Assembly: GCA_964489445.1 (NCBI GenBank)
Contig: CAZAYU010000002.1
Location: forward strand, 269,020-333,019
Length of the DNA stretch: 64,000 bases
Source: an uncultured Planctomycetia bacterium
GTDB lineage: Bacteria > Omnitrophota > Gorgyraeia > Duberdicusellales > 4484-171
Direction of reading: 5' to 3'
Shown: piece by piece, positions 1 through 9,039 of the stretch
Numbering within the stretch: position 1 is the first letter of the stretch
Layout: the number at the start of each line of letters is the position of its first letter
Program-made: the position numbers and the translations under genes
The notes under the pieces: model-generated
What the model was told of the DNA's origin: nothing
The model's database searches: none
The model's input: the letters and a program-made list of their open reading frames with translations, nothing else

Positions 1-2
1 TT

Positions 3-497
3 AAAATAGAAGTTGGCGGAGGTATTAGGTGTCAGAAAAAAGCTGAAGAGTTAATTACTTTGGGCGCTGAACGGGTAATAATAGGAACTAAAGCTGTGGA
101 AAAAAATTTCCTAAAGAAATTAATTAGTTCCTTGGGCGCGGATAAGGTTGCTGTTGGGGTCGATGCTTTGGAATCACAAATTGCTGTTAAAGGATGGAAA
201 GAAAAAACTAATTACTTAGTTTTAGATTTTATGCGAAATTTACAGGATATAGGGGTTAAATGGGTAATTTATACAGATATTTCTCGCGATGGGACGCTAA
301 AAGGGGTAAATTTGGCTTCTTTAAAGTGTTTTTCTTTATTTGATAAAATGAACATTATTGTTTCCGGAGGTGTGTCTTCCCTGGAGGACATCATAAGAAT
401 AAAAGAGGAGATCCCTTTTGCCAGAGGAATAATTACTGGAAAAGCGATATACGAGGGAAAGATTGACTTATCTGAAGCTATTAATGTTGTTAGCTAA
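3..497 (+). CDS. hisA: ProFAR isomerase HisA (5'-partial, begins before the window)
   Basis: Frame is open from base 3 (KIEVGGGIR); motifs IIGT, GVDA, VKGW, YTDISRDGTLKG, SGGVSS, GKAIYEG. Confidence 0.93.
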   Translation, partial: KIEVGGGIRCQKKAEELITLGAERVIIGTKAVEKNFLKKLISSLGADKVAVGVDALESQIAVKGWKEKTNYLVLDFMRNLQDIGVKWVIYTDISRDGTLKGVNLASLKCFSLFDKMNIIVSGGVSSLEDIIRIKEEIPFARGIITGKAIYEGKIDLSEAINVVS

Positions 498-540
498 TCA
501 GCGAGGACATAGTTTGTTCTTTCTCGGGGTTGATTAAATG

Positions 541-568
541 TTGACAATTTCTTGAAATGTGATATAAG
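541..568 (+). promoter_or_regulatory. Sigma70-type promoter for rplM-rpsI
   Basis: TTGACA at 541-546, 16-bp spacer, TG-n-TATAAG at 560-568. Confidence 0.6.
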
Positions 569-603
569 AGTTTACGGAATAAGCGGAAATTTACAGGAGA
601 ATA

Positions 604-1029
604 ATGAAAAAAACTAAATTTTTCAACAAAGAAGAAAGGAAATGGCTGGTTATTGATGCTAAAGATAAAATATTAGGTAGGCTGGCGAGCCGAATAGCAA
701 AGATACTGCAAGGGAAAGATAAGGCAGTATATAGCCCTAATTTCCTTTGTGGAGACAGGATCCTAGTTATAAATGCAAAATACATTAGGTTTACGGGTAA
801 TAAGCTTAAGGATAAGGTTTATGATAAATATACTGGGTATCCTAGCGGACGAAAAGAAATGAAATTGGAAGTTTTGTTAGAAAAAAATTCAACTAAAGTT
901 TTACAATCAGCTGTTAAAGGAATGCTACCTAAAAGTAACTTAGGTAGTCAGATGCTAAAGTCACTATATGTTTACCCAGAGGGGGAGCATAAGCAACAGG
1001 CCCAACAACCGATAAAAATAGAGGTTTAA
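604..1029 (+). CDS. rplM: 50S ribosomal protein L13
   Basis: WLVIDA..ILGRLAS, CGD..VINA, TGYPSG, VKGMLPK; AGGAG RBS; adjacent to rpsI. Confidence 0.98.
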   Translation: MKKTKFFNKEERKWLVIDAKDKILGRLASRIAKILQGKDKAVYSPNFLCGDRILVINAKYIRFTGNKLKDKVYDKYTGYPSGRKEMKLEVLLEKNSTKVLQSAVKGMLPKSNLGSQMLKSLYVYPEGEHKQQAQQPIKIEV

Positions 1030-1031
1030 AT

Positions 1032-1436
1032 ATGGATCAAAAAACAAATGAGTTATTTACAGCAACTGGCAGAAGGAAAAAAGCCGCAGCCTGTGTTAGA
1101 GTGCTATTGAAAGGAACCGGGAAAATTATCATTAACGGTAAAGAGTGTACAAAATACTTTTCGACTATCGATAATATTGTGGAAGTAAAAAAGCCTCTAC
1201 AGGTTGCCGAGCTAGAGGGAAAAATAGATATTTTTGCTAACGTGAAAGGAGGAGGAACAAGCGGCCAGGCAGGAGCAGTAAGCTTAGGAATTTCGCGTTG
1301 CTTAGTTGATTGGAACCCTCAGATCCGGTTTGCTTTAAGAAGAGAAGAGTTGCTTACCCGCGATCCCCGCGCAAAAGAAAGAAAAAAATATGGCCGTAAA
1401 GGTGCACGCCGCAGATTCCAATGGACTAAACGTTAG
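1032..1436 (+). CDS. rpsI: 30S ribosomal protein S9
   Basis: TGRRK, GGGTSGQAGA, LLTRDPR.KERKKYG, C-terminal QWTKR. Confidence 0.98.
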   Translation: MDQKTNELFTATGRRKKAAACVRVLLKGTGKIIINGKECTKYFSTIDNIVEVKKPLQVAELEGKIDIFANVKGGGTSGQAGAVSLGISRCLVDWNPQIRFALRREELLTRDPRAKERKKYGRKGARRRFQWTKR

Positions 1437-1541
1437 TAAAAATCGAGTATAAAACTGCAACAGTCTGTGTATAAAAGCAGGTAAAAGGCTTGACAAATAC
1501 ATCTGCGTGCGTTAACGTATTTTACACTTGGAGGGATGATT

Positions 1542-2729
1542 ATGTTTGGTTCTGTTGAAGAAATTATAAGGGAAATAAAAAATAAAAAACCGGTAATTGT
1601 CGTTGATGATGAGCAAAGAGAGAATGAGGGTGATTTAGTTATAGCTGCTCAGTATGCTACTCCAGAAATTATAAATTTTATGATTACCGAGGGTAAAGGG
1701 TTAGTCTGTGTTCCCTTGGCTAAAAAAAGAATACTTGAACTAGGTTTGGAGCCGATGCATCACAATGAGGGCAGTGATCCGTTTCAAACTGCATGGAAAG
1801 TATCCGTAGATGCAAAAATAGGCACAACTACCGGCATTTCTGCTTTTGATCGTGCTAGGACTATAGAAGTTTTAATCAATGCAAAAAGTAAGAATGATGA
1901 CTTAATTAAGCCTGGTCATATTTTTCCTCTAGAGGCAAAGAACGGAGGAGTTTTGGTTAGGGCGGGGCACACAGAAGCCTCTGTAGATTTAGCAAGGCTA
2001 TCCGGGTTGTATCCAGCAGGAGTAATCTGTGAGATTATTACAGAAGATGGTTCAATGGCTAGATTGCCGGATTTAGTAAAGTTTGCTGAAAAGCATAAAT
2101 TAAAAATATGCAAGATATCTTCATTGATTGAATATCGAAGAAGAAAAGAAAAGTTAATTAAGCTTATTAGTAAGGTCAATCTACCTACTGACGATGGTTT
2201 GTTCCAATTATATCTTTATGAATCATTAGTTGACGGATGCCAACATTTAGCTTTAGTTAGTGGAAACATTGAGAAACAGCCAGTTGTTGTTCGGGTTCAT
2301 TCAGAATGTTTAACAGGTGATGTATTTATGTCTCGCAGATGTGATTGTGGTAGCCAGCTTCGTAAAGCTTTAAAGATTATTGGAAAAGAGTCAGGGGTGT
2401 TACTTTATATGCGGCAAGAAGGAAGAGGAATAGGGCTTAAAAATAAAATCGATGCCTACAGCTTACAGGAGAAAGGAGCAGATACTGTAGAAGCTAATTT
2501 AATGTTAGGGTTTGCTCCAGACTTAAGAGATTATGGTATTGGAGCACAAATACTTATTGATTTAGGAGTAAGGAAACTTAAGCTTTTAACTAATAATCCT
2601 AAAAAAATTATTGGTTTAGAAGGATATGGGCTAGAAATTACTGAGCGTGTACCAATCAAAATAGATCCTTGCGCAGAAAATAGTTATTATATGGAGACGA
2701 AAAGAAAAAAAATGAATCATCTGCTTTAA
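1542..2729 (+). CDS. ribBA: Bifunctional DHBP synthase / GTP cyclohydrolase II
   Basis: [50 protein letters not shown]; second ATG chosen by spacing from GGAGG (1530-1534); TTGACA at 1490. Confidence 0.97.
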   Translation: MFGSVEEIIREIKNKKPVIVVDDEQRENEGDLVIAAQYATPEIINFMITEGKGLVCVPLAKKRILELGLEPMHHNEGSDPFQTAWKVSVDAKIGTTTGISAFDRARTIEVLINAKSKNDDLIKPGHIFPLEAKNGGVLVRAGHTEASVDLARLSGLYPAGVICEIITEDGSMARLPDLVKFAEKHKLKICKISSLIEYRRRKEKLIKLISKVNLPTDDGLFQLYLYESLVDGCQHLALVSGNIEKQPVVVRVHSECLTGDVFMSRRCDCGSQLRKALKIIGKESGVLLYMRQEGRGIGLKNKIDAYSLQEKGADTVEANLMLGFAPDLRDYGIGAQILIDLGVRKLKLLTNNPKKIIGLEGYGLEITERVPIKIDPCAENSYYMETKRKKMNHLL

Positions 2730-2834
2730 ACCTATATTATTAGGTACTAATAAAGATATTTGAAGAGTAGCAATAACGATAAAGAGTAATAATTGGTCAT
2801 TAGTTAAAGAGAGTACAAGAAGGAGGCATTAGCA

Positions 2835-3293
2835 ATGAAGGAAATTAGAGGTAATTTTTCTGGTCAGGGTAAAAGAATTGCTATATGTGTTTCACGATTT
2901 AACGAATTCATTAGCAATCAATTATTCCAAGGATGTATTGATACACTAAAGAAATCTGGTGTAGAAGATAAGGATATATTGGTTATTTGGACTCCTGGCG
3001 CTTTTGAAATACCACAAGTAATTAGTAAATTAAAAGCTAATAAATTTGATGCAGTTATTGCATTAGGTGCAATAATCAGAGGAGAGACACCTCATTTTGA
3101 CTACATTGCTTCTGAAGTTTCTAAAGGTGTTTCTCGTTGTTCTCAAGAAAAGGCTATGCCGGTAGTTTTCGGAATTATTACTGCAGATACCTTAGACCAG
3201 GCTATTGAAAGATCTGGAATAAAACAGGGGAATAAAGGCAGAGATGCTGCGTTAACAGCTTTAGAAATGATTGCTATCTATATCCAACTTTAA
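2835..3293 (+). CDS. ribH: 6,7-dimethyl-8-ribityllumazine synthase
   Basis: SRFNEFI, PGAFEIP, GAIIRGETPHFDY, GNKG. Confidence 0.97.
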   Translation: MKEIRGNFSGQGKRIAICVSRFNEFISNQLFQGCIDTLKKSGVEDKDILVIWTPGAFEIPQVISKLKANKFDAVIALGAIIRGETPHFDYIASEVSKGVSRCSQEKAMPVVFGIITADTLDQAIERSGIKQGNKGRDAALTALEMIAIYIQL

Positions 3294-3394
3294 TTGTTTA
3301 CGGAGTAGATTCAGAGAATATTCATCGCAGAATATTGATTTATTTTTAGGAAAACATCAATAAATTTCCACACAATGTTGTTTAAAATAAAAGC

Positions 3395-3820
3395 ATGCGT
3401 CTAAGGACAAAAGCCCGGGAGATTGCCTTAGCCCTTCTTTATCAGGTAGAGCTTTCCCATGTCGATTATAATCTAGCCTTCCAGAATTATTTAAAAAATT
3501 ATCCACAAAATCAAAAAATAGCTGATTTCTCTATTTTGCTGCTAGAGGGTGTGCTAAATAATATCGATAGTATTGATTCCTTGATAAAAGAATACGCGCA
3601 GAATTGGGATATCGGACGGATGGCAGTAGTTGACCGGAATATTCTAAGAATTGCTTCCCTTGAACTAATTTTTTTAAAAGACATTCCTCCCAAAGTATCG
3701 ATTAATGAAGCTATAGAGATAGCTAAGCGTTTTGGCGATATCGATTCTCCGCGCTTTGTTAATGGTGTCTTAGATAAAATGTATAAAATGCAAACAAAAC
3801 GTATCCATAATAAAACATAG
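3395..3820 (+). CDS. nusB: Transcription antitermination factor NusB
   Basis: RTKAREIA, VDRNILR, VSINEAIEIAKRFG, FVNGVLD; follows ribH. Confidence 0.97.
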   Translation: MRLRTKAREIALALLYQVELSHVDYNLAFQNYLKNYPQNQKIADFSILLLEGVLNNIDSIDSLIKEYAQNWDIGRMAVVDRNILRIASLELIFLKDIPPKVSINEAIEIAKRFGDIDSPRFVNGVLDKMYKMQTKRIHNKT

Positions 3821-3835
3821 AGAGAATTTTAAAAA

Positions 3836-4669
3836 ATGGAAGAACAAAGATGTGACTTGCATATCCATTCTAATTTTTCAGACAGTGACGCTACTGTTGA
3901 AAGTATTTTTAGAGAAGCTTCCGAAAAAAAAATATTTTGTCTTTCAATAACTGATCATGATACTGTTGAGAATGTAAACCAGGCACGTACTTACAGTAAG
4001 GCTTACAACGTTGGACTAATTGAAGGAATAGAATTGAGTGCTCAGCATCAGGATACAGAAATACATATTTTAGGTTATTTTTCTGATGCGGAAAACAGTG
4101 ATTTAAAAAAAGAATTAGTATTTTTAAAAAAGCTTAGAGAAGAAAGAATAATTTGTATGGCAGAAAAATTAAATTCCTTAGGAGTGTTTGTGGATGTAAA
4201 AGAATTATTTACAGATATGAGAGGCGCGATCCCTACTCGTCTGCATCTTGGTCTATATTTACTGAGAAAAAAGCACGTTTCTTCTTTAAGGCAAGCTTTT
4301 AGCAAGTATTTATCTCCAGGGAAACCAGCTTACAAATCACGGTTTAAATTTTCTGTAAGAGAGGCTATTGAATTTATTAAAAAATTTGGTGGGATATCAT
4401 TTTTAGCTCATCCGCATATAATTCCTTATCAATCTTGGATAGAAGAATTTATTTCATTGGGCGTTAACGGTTTAGAGGTAGTTTATCATAATATGTCTCA
4501 AAGGAAAAAAATACTTTATGAAGGTATCGTCCAGAAAAATAAATTGTTAAGAAGTGGTGGTTCTGATGCACACGGGAGTTATAAAGAATTTACACAGATT
4601 GGTTCGGTAACCGTGCCTTATGATTGGGCTAACAAGATAAAGGAATGTCTAAAGACTCTTACTACATAA
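3836..4669 (+). CDS. PHP-domain phosphoesterase (TrpH/YciV-like)
   Basis: DLHIHS..SD, ITDHDT, GIELS, HILGY, LAHP, GGSDAHG. Confidence 0.9.
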   Translation: MEEQRCDLHIHSNFSDSDATVESIFREASEKKIFCLSITDHDTVENVNQARTYSKAYNVGLIEGIELSAQHQDTEIHILGYFSDAENSDLKKELVFLKKLREERIICMAEKLNSLGVFVDVKELFTDMRGAIPTRLHLGLYLLRKKHVSSLRQAFSKYLSPGKPAYKSRFKFSVREAIEFIKKFGGISFLAHPHIIPYQSWIEEFISLGVNGLEVVYHNMSQRKKILYEGIVQKNKLLRSGGSDAHGSYKEFTQIGSVTVPYDWANKIKECLKTLTT

Positions 4670-5730
4670 AAGAGACTTTTAAATTAGCTAGAAAAGGAGA
4701 AGGTTACACTTCGCCTAATCCGTTAGTTGGAGCAGTTATTGTCAAAGATAATAAAATTGTAGCCAAAGGATACCACAAATGTAGCGGGTTTCCTCATGCG
4801 GAGATAGAAGCGATTCGGAAAGCAAAAATAGACTTAAACGGTTCTATCTTGTATGTTAATTTAGAACCGTGCTGCCATTTTAACAAGACGCCTCCCTGTG
4901 TAGACGAAATCATTAAACAAAAGATTAAAAGAGTTGTTGTCTCTACTGTTGACCCAAATCCTCAGGTGAATGGCAAATCCATAAGAAAACTCAGAAAAGC
5001 AGGCATTGAAGTAAAGGTTGGAGTATTAGCCGAGGAAGCAAAAAAATTGAATGAAGTATTTTTTAAAAATATGCAGTTGGGCAGACCATTTGTTGTTGTT
5101 AAAGTAGCACAGAGCTTAGACGGAAAAATTGCAACATTTAAAGGACAGTCAAAATGGATCACCAGCGTTGCAAGCAGAGAATATAGTCGTTTATTACGTG
5201 ATAAATATGATTGCGTGTTAGTTGGAGCAAATACTTTTAAACAAGATAATCCTTGTTTAAACGGCACCAAGAAGGTCCCCTATAAAGCAATTATTTCTAC
5301 TAAATTAAAAATTCCCGCTGATTCTCATATATTAAAAAAGACTCCGGAAAAATTAATTATCTTTACTTCATCGCAAAACAAAGAAATACTAAATAGCGTT
5401 TCTTCTCCAAGCTTTCTATTTTTTTTAAAAGAAAATCGAGGAGAGCTGTCTTTAAAGCGCATTCTAAAGCTTCTTTATAAGATGGGAATATGTTCTGTAT
5501 TTATTGAAGGAGGATCAAGCGTTGTCGGAAGCTTTTTTTCAAGCAAGTTAGTAGACAAAGTTTATTTTTTTATTGCACCTAAAATTATTGGTGGTGATCA
5601 TGCTTTAAGCTCGGTCGGAGGTAGAGGATCCCCACATTTAAAGTTATGTTCAAGTATAAAAAAAATGGAAATTAAATTTATCGATGATGATATTTTAATT
5701 GTTGGTGATTTTTGTTCTTCTTCGCGATGA
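4645..5730 (+). CDS. ribD: Riboflavin biosynthesis deaminase/reductase RibD
   Basis: PNPLVGAV, HAE, LEPCCH..TPPC, SLDGKIA, EGG, APKIIGG. Confidence 0.96.
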   Translation: MSKDSYYIKETFKLARKGEGYTSPNPLVGAVIVKDNKIVAKGYHKCSGFPHAEIEAIRKAKIDLNGSILYVNLEPCCHFNKTPPCVDEIIKQKIKRVVVSTVDPNPQVNGKSIRKLRKAGIEVKVGVLAEEAKKLNEVFFKNMQLGRPFVVVKVAQSLDGKIATFKGQSKWITSVASREYSRLLRDKYDCVLVGANTFKQDNPCLNGTKKVPYKAIISTKLKIPADSHILKKTPEKLIIFTSSQNKEILNSVSSPSFLFFLKENRGELSLKRILKLLYKMGICSVFIEGGSSVVGSFFSSKLVDKVYFFIAPKIIGGDHALSSVGGRGSPHLKLCSSIKKMEIKFIDDDILIVGDFCSSSR

Positions 5731-5893
5731 ACTTTTAAATAGGAGTAAAATTGCTATAAATAAGGATGGCTATTCTTATGAGGCAGCTAAGATATTTTTT
5801 TAGTGTTAAATATACAATTTTGAAAATATCTCACAATAAGTAATTGTCTTTTAATTTTTCCATAATCTTCAAAAATAAATTCCTTAGTATCCA

Positions 5894-8800
5894 GTGAATA
5901 AGAAAGAAGATAACTATCTCAATGAGCTTTTGCAATCGGTTGTGGTAGAGGCTTCGGCTGGTTCAGGAAAGACTTATATCTTAGCCCGGCGCTATGTCCA
6001 GCTTCTTTTGTATGCTTTTGTGAATCGTGAACAGCATTGCCTGAGGAGTATCTTAGCCATTACTTTTACCAACAAAGCAGCTTTTGAAATGAAGAGTAGG
6101 ATTTTAGAGCTTTTAAAATCATTGGCTTTGTGTCTTCCTTCTGACGATGATAAAAGAATAAATCTCTCATTAGCTTTAAACAGCAACCCGGATATTCTTA
6201 AGAAGCATGCAAGATGTATCGTTGATGAAATAATTAGAAACTATAATTTTTTCCAAGTGAAAACAATAGATAGTTTTATCAATGCTCTCCTTGCAGGCTC
6301 TGTTTTAAGCATAAAACGCTCAGCTAATTTTCATATAAAAAGAGACTATCGGCAACAACTTAAGTTTTGCTTGGATTTAGTTATTGATAAGGCAGCAGAA
6401 GATGCTGATGTATTTAATTTTTTCCAGGAATTTTTAAAGCATTATCTTTTTGTTGAAAATAGGACAGGCTGGTTTCCTAAGGAAGACATTTTAGGGTTTC
6501 TTAGTCTTTTATTTATGTTGAGTAATATATATGGCGAATCATTTGGAGTTTATGATGGCAATGGCGGTGAAGTAATAGCTACAAAAAAAGATATTTATAT
6601 GCAGATCAATAAAATTGCCGAGCAGTTACCCGAGGGAATAAATGCTAATGCAAGAAAAAGTATAATTTTATTTCTTAATAATAACGGTCCGATATTTGAT
6701 ATAGCTAATTTACCTTCTGTTTTTAAAAAAACTATAATTCCGATTAATAAAAATAAATATTATTCTCCTTCTTTTGCAAAATTATGGAAAAGCGTTAGCC
6801 AGCAATTAGTTCAGCTAGTTGAGTTGGAGTCAGTAGTTGTTTGCAATCCGTATATTAATGTGTTCCGGGAAGTTACCAAATTTTTTCAGCATGTTTCTCA
6901 GGACTATAATTTATTATTTTTAGAGGAGCTTAATAAGCAGGCCAGATTTATTTTTAGCAGCGAAGATATAACTGTTGCGGATATTTATTATCGTTTGGCG
7001 GGACGCTTTCGTCACTATTTAATTGATGAATTTCAAGACACAAGCATTCTTCAATGGCGTAATTTAGAGGTAATAGTTGAAGATGCTTTATCCTGCGGTG
7101 GCACTCTTTTCTGCGTAGGTGATCGTAAGCAAGCAATTTATCGGTTTAGGGGAGGAGACGCACGGCTATTTGATACCGTAAGAAAACAGTTTTCCCATTT
7201 TAGCTTAGAGTCAAAATCATTGACTAAAAATTGGCGTAGCCAGAAAGAAATAGTTAAATTTAATAATTGTGTTTTTTCTCAGGAGAATCTTGTCAATGCC
7301 TTTCGGTCTTGGGAAATTCCTGGAGAATTAGCGGGCAGTTTAGATTTTGAAAAGGATATTATTAAGACATTTGAAGGTGCTGTCCAGGAATACAAGGAAG
7401 AAAATTGTTATGGTTATGTGGAGGTAGAAAGGCTTGAGGAAAAAAATCAGACAGAGAGAAATTCCATGGCTAAAGGAAAAGTTTTGAATTTAGTTAAGGA
7501 TTTAAGCAAGCGGTTTTGTCTTCAAGATATTGCTATTCTTGCGCGTGATAATAATGAAGTTGAGCTGTTTACTTCCTGGTGTTTGTCGGAAGGATACTCT
7601 GTTGATTCAGAAAAAACATTAAATGTTTTGGAGAATTATTTAATAAAAGGAATCATTTCTTTCCTGGAATCTTTATATTCTCCCTTAAATGATCTGCATT
7701 TTGCTTTATTTCTACTGTCTGATTTTTTTATTCAGGCATCTGAGATATCTTTTGAAAGAATTAGCGATTTTATTTTTGATTGTAATGAGAAAAGGAAGAG
7801 GACGAAGGATACTCCATTGTATCGACTGTTTCAGGAGTCTTTTCCTTGGCATTGGAAACAATATATAAATGAATTCTCCAATATTGTTGGAGTAGTTCCT
7901 CCATATGAGTTGGTAGTTAGCATCTATCGACAGTTTGCGGTATCTAAAAAATTTAAAGATAACCAGGTATTTTTTATGAAGTTTCTGGAGTTAATTAAAA
8001 CTAAGGAAGATGAATTTATTGGATTAGGGGATTTATTGCTGTACTTTAAAAATGCTTCCGGGGAAGAATTATATGTTGATTCTGGTCGAAGTGATTCGAT
8101 TAAAATTTTAACCGTTCATAAATCTAAAGGGCTTGAGTTTCCGGTAGTAATTATTCCTTTTCTGCGCTTAGATGTTAATGCGGCCATAGGAGGCAAAGGC
8201 AGTAACTTTTATTTATTTGAAATGAGTAATAAAAAATTAGGTCTTTTAAAGATTACAAAAAAATATTTAGCGTATTCGAAAAAACTAAGGAATATATATG
8301 CCAGGTACTATAAACTTGCTTGTATTGATGAGCTTAATAGCATGTATGTTGCGTTAACCAGAAGTCAACTAGAGTTGTATATTTTTATTCCTAAAAAAAG
8401 TGCTTCTAGCAAAAATAAAGCTTGTTTTATTATACCAGAGGGGACACCTAGTAAAGGCAGAAAAAGATGTTACCCCGAAGGAAAAAAAATCATTCAACCG
8501 TTTAAGGAAATCGTTCCATTGCGTACACAAGATTGGGTACTTTTGATTAAGGAAGAATTTAAGAAAGCAGAGCAGAAAATTCAAAGCCAGCAAGTAATTG
8601 ATGGGTTAATTCTGCATGGATTATTTTCTCGGATTGGCAATTGTGTTGGTGAGGATATCGATGTTATTATTAATTCCGCGTTTGATTATGTTAAGCCTTA
8701 TTTTTTATTTCCTCAGCCGATAGAATTCTATAAAAATAAGGTAAGAGAAACACTAGAAAACAAAAGATTCGCGGATATTTTTTATGTTTTCGATGGGGAT

Positions 8801-9037
8801 GTGTACTGTGAGCAAGAAGTAGTTAACAGGTATGGGGACTTAAAAAGAATCGATCGGGTTGTTGTTCGAAATAAACAAATTGTAGGTATTGAATATAAGA
8901 CTTCTTATGAAAAAAAAGAACAACACACAAAGCAAATAACTGAATACCAAAACATCCTAAAGGAGTTGTATCCTGCGCGGGAAGTTAAAGCGTGCATTAT
9001 TTACTTGGATACAATGCAATTAGAGGCGGTAGCATAG
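5894..9037 (+). CDS. addA: AddA/RecB-like UvrD-family helicase with C-terminal nuclease domain
   Basis: ASAGSGKT, ITFTNKAA, TIDSF, IDEFQDTS, GDRKQAIYRFRG, NWRS, TVHKSKGLEF, YVALTR; C-terminal RIDR...EYKT...Q..Y. Confidence 0.85.
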   Translation: MNKKEDNYLNELLQSVVVEASAGSGKTYILARRYVQLLLYAFVNREQHCLRSILAITFTNKAAFEMKSRILELLKSLALCLPSDDDKRINLSLALNSNPDILKKHARCIVDEIIRNYNFFQVKTIDSFINALLAGSVLSIKRSANFHIKRDYRQQLKFCLDLVIDKAAEDADVFNFFQEFLKHYLFVENRTGWFPKEDILGFLSLLFMLSNIYGESFGVYDGNGGEVIATKKDIYMQINKIAEQLPEGINANARKSIILFLNNNGPIFDIANLPSVFKKTIIPINKNKYYSPSFAKLWKSVSQQLVQLVELESVVVCNPYINVFREVTKFFQHVSQDYNLLFLEELNKQARFIFSSEDITVADIYYRLAGRFRHYLIDEFQDTSILQWRNLEVIVEDALSCGGTLFCVGDRKQAIYRFRGGDARLFDTVRKQFSHFSLESKSLTKNWRSQKEIVKFNNCVFSQENLVNAFRSWEIPGELAGSLDFEKDIIKTFEGAVQEYKEENCYGYVEVERLEEKNQTERNSMAKGKVLNLVKDLSKRFCLQDIAILARDNNEVELFTSWCLSEGYSVDSEKTLNVLENYLIKGIISFLESLYSPLNDLHFALFLLSDFFIQASEISFERISDFIFDCNEKRKRTKDTPLYRLFQESFPWHWKQYINEFSNIVGVVPPYELVVSIYRQFAVSKKFKDNQVFFMKFLELIKTKEDEFIGLGDLLLYFKNASGEELYVDSGRSDSIKILTVHKSKGLEFPVVIIPFLRLDVNAAIGGKGSNFYLFEMSNKKLGLLKITKKYLAYSKKLRNIYARYYKLACIDELNSMYVALTRSQLELYIFIPKKSASSKNKACFIIPEGTPSKGRKRCYPEGKKIIQPFKEIVPLRTQDWVLLIKEEFKKAEQKIQSQQVIDGLILHGLFSRIGNCVGEDIDVIINSAFDYVKPYFLFPQPIEFYKNKVRETLENKRFADIFYVFDGDVYCEQEVVNRYGDLKRIDRVVVRNKQIVGIEYKTSYEKKEQHTKQITEYQNILKELYPAREVKACIIYLDTMQLEAVA

Positions 9038-9039
9038 GT

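Noticed and set aside
1437-1541. FMN riboswitch upstream of ribBA
   Set aside because: Region too short, contains a promoter close to the start, and lacks RFN motifs.
2730-3394. ~101-105 bp gaps flanking ribH as further copies of the 102-bp insertion
   Set aside because: No direct repeats at a 102 offset (the TTGTTTA repeat is 84 bp apart) and no visible similarity to the coding inserts.
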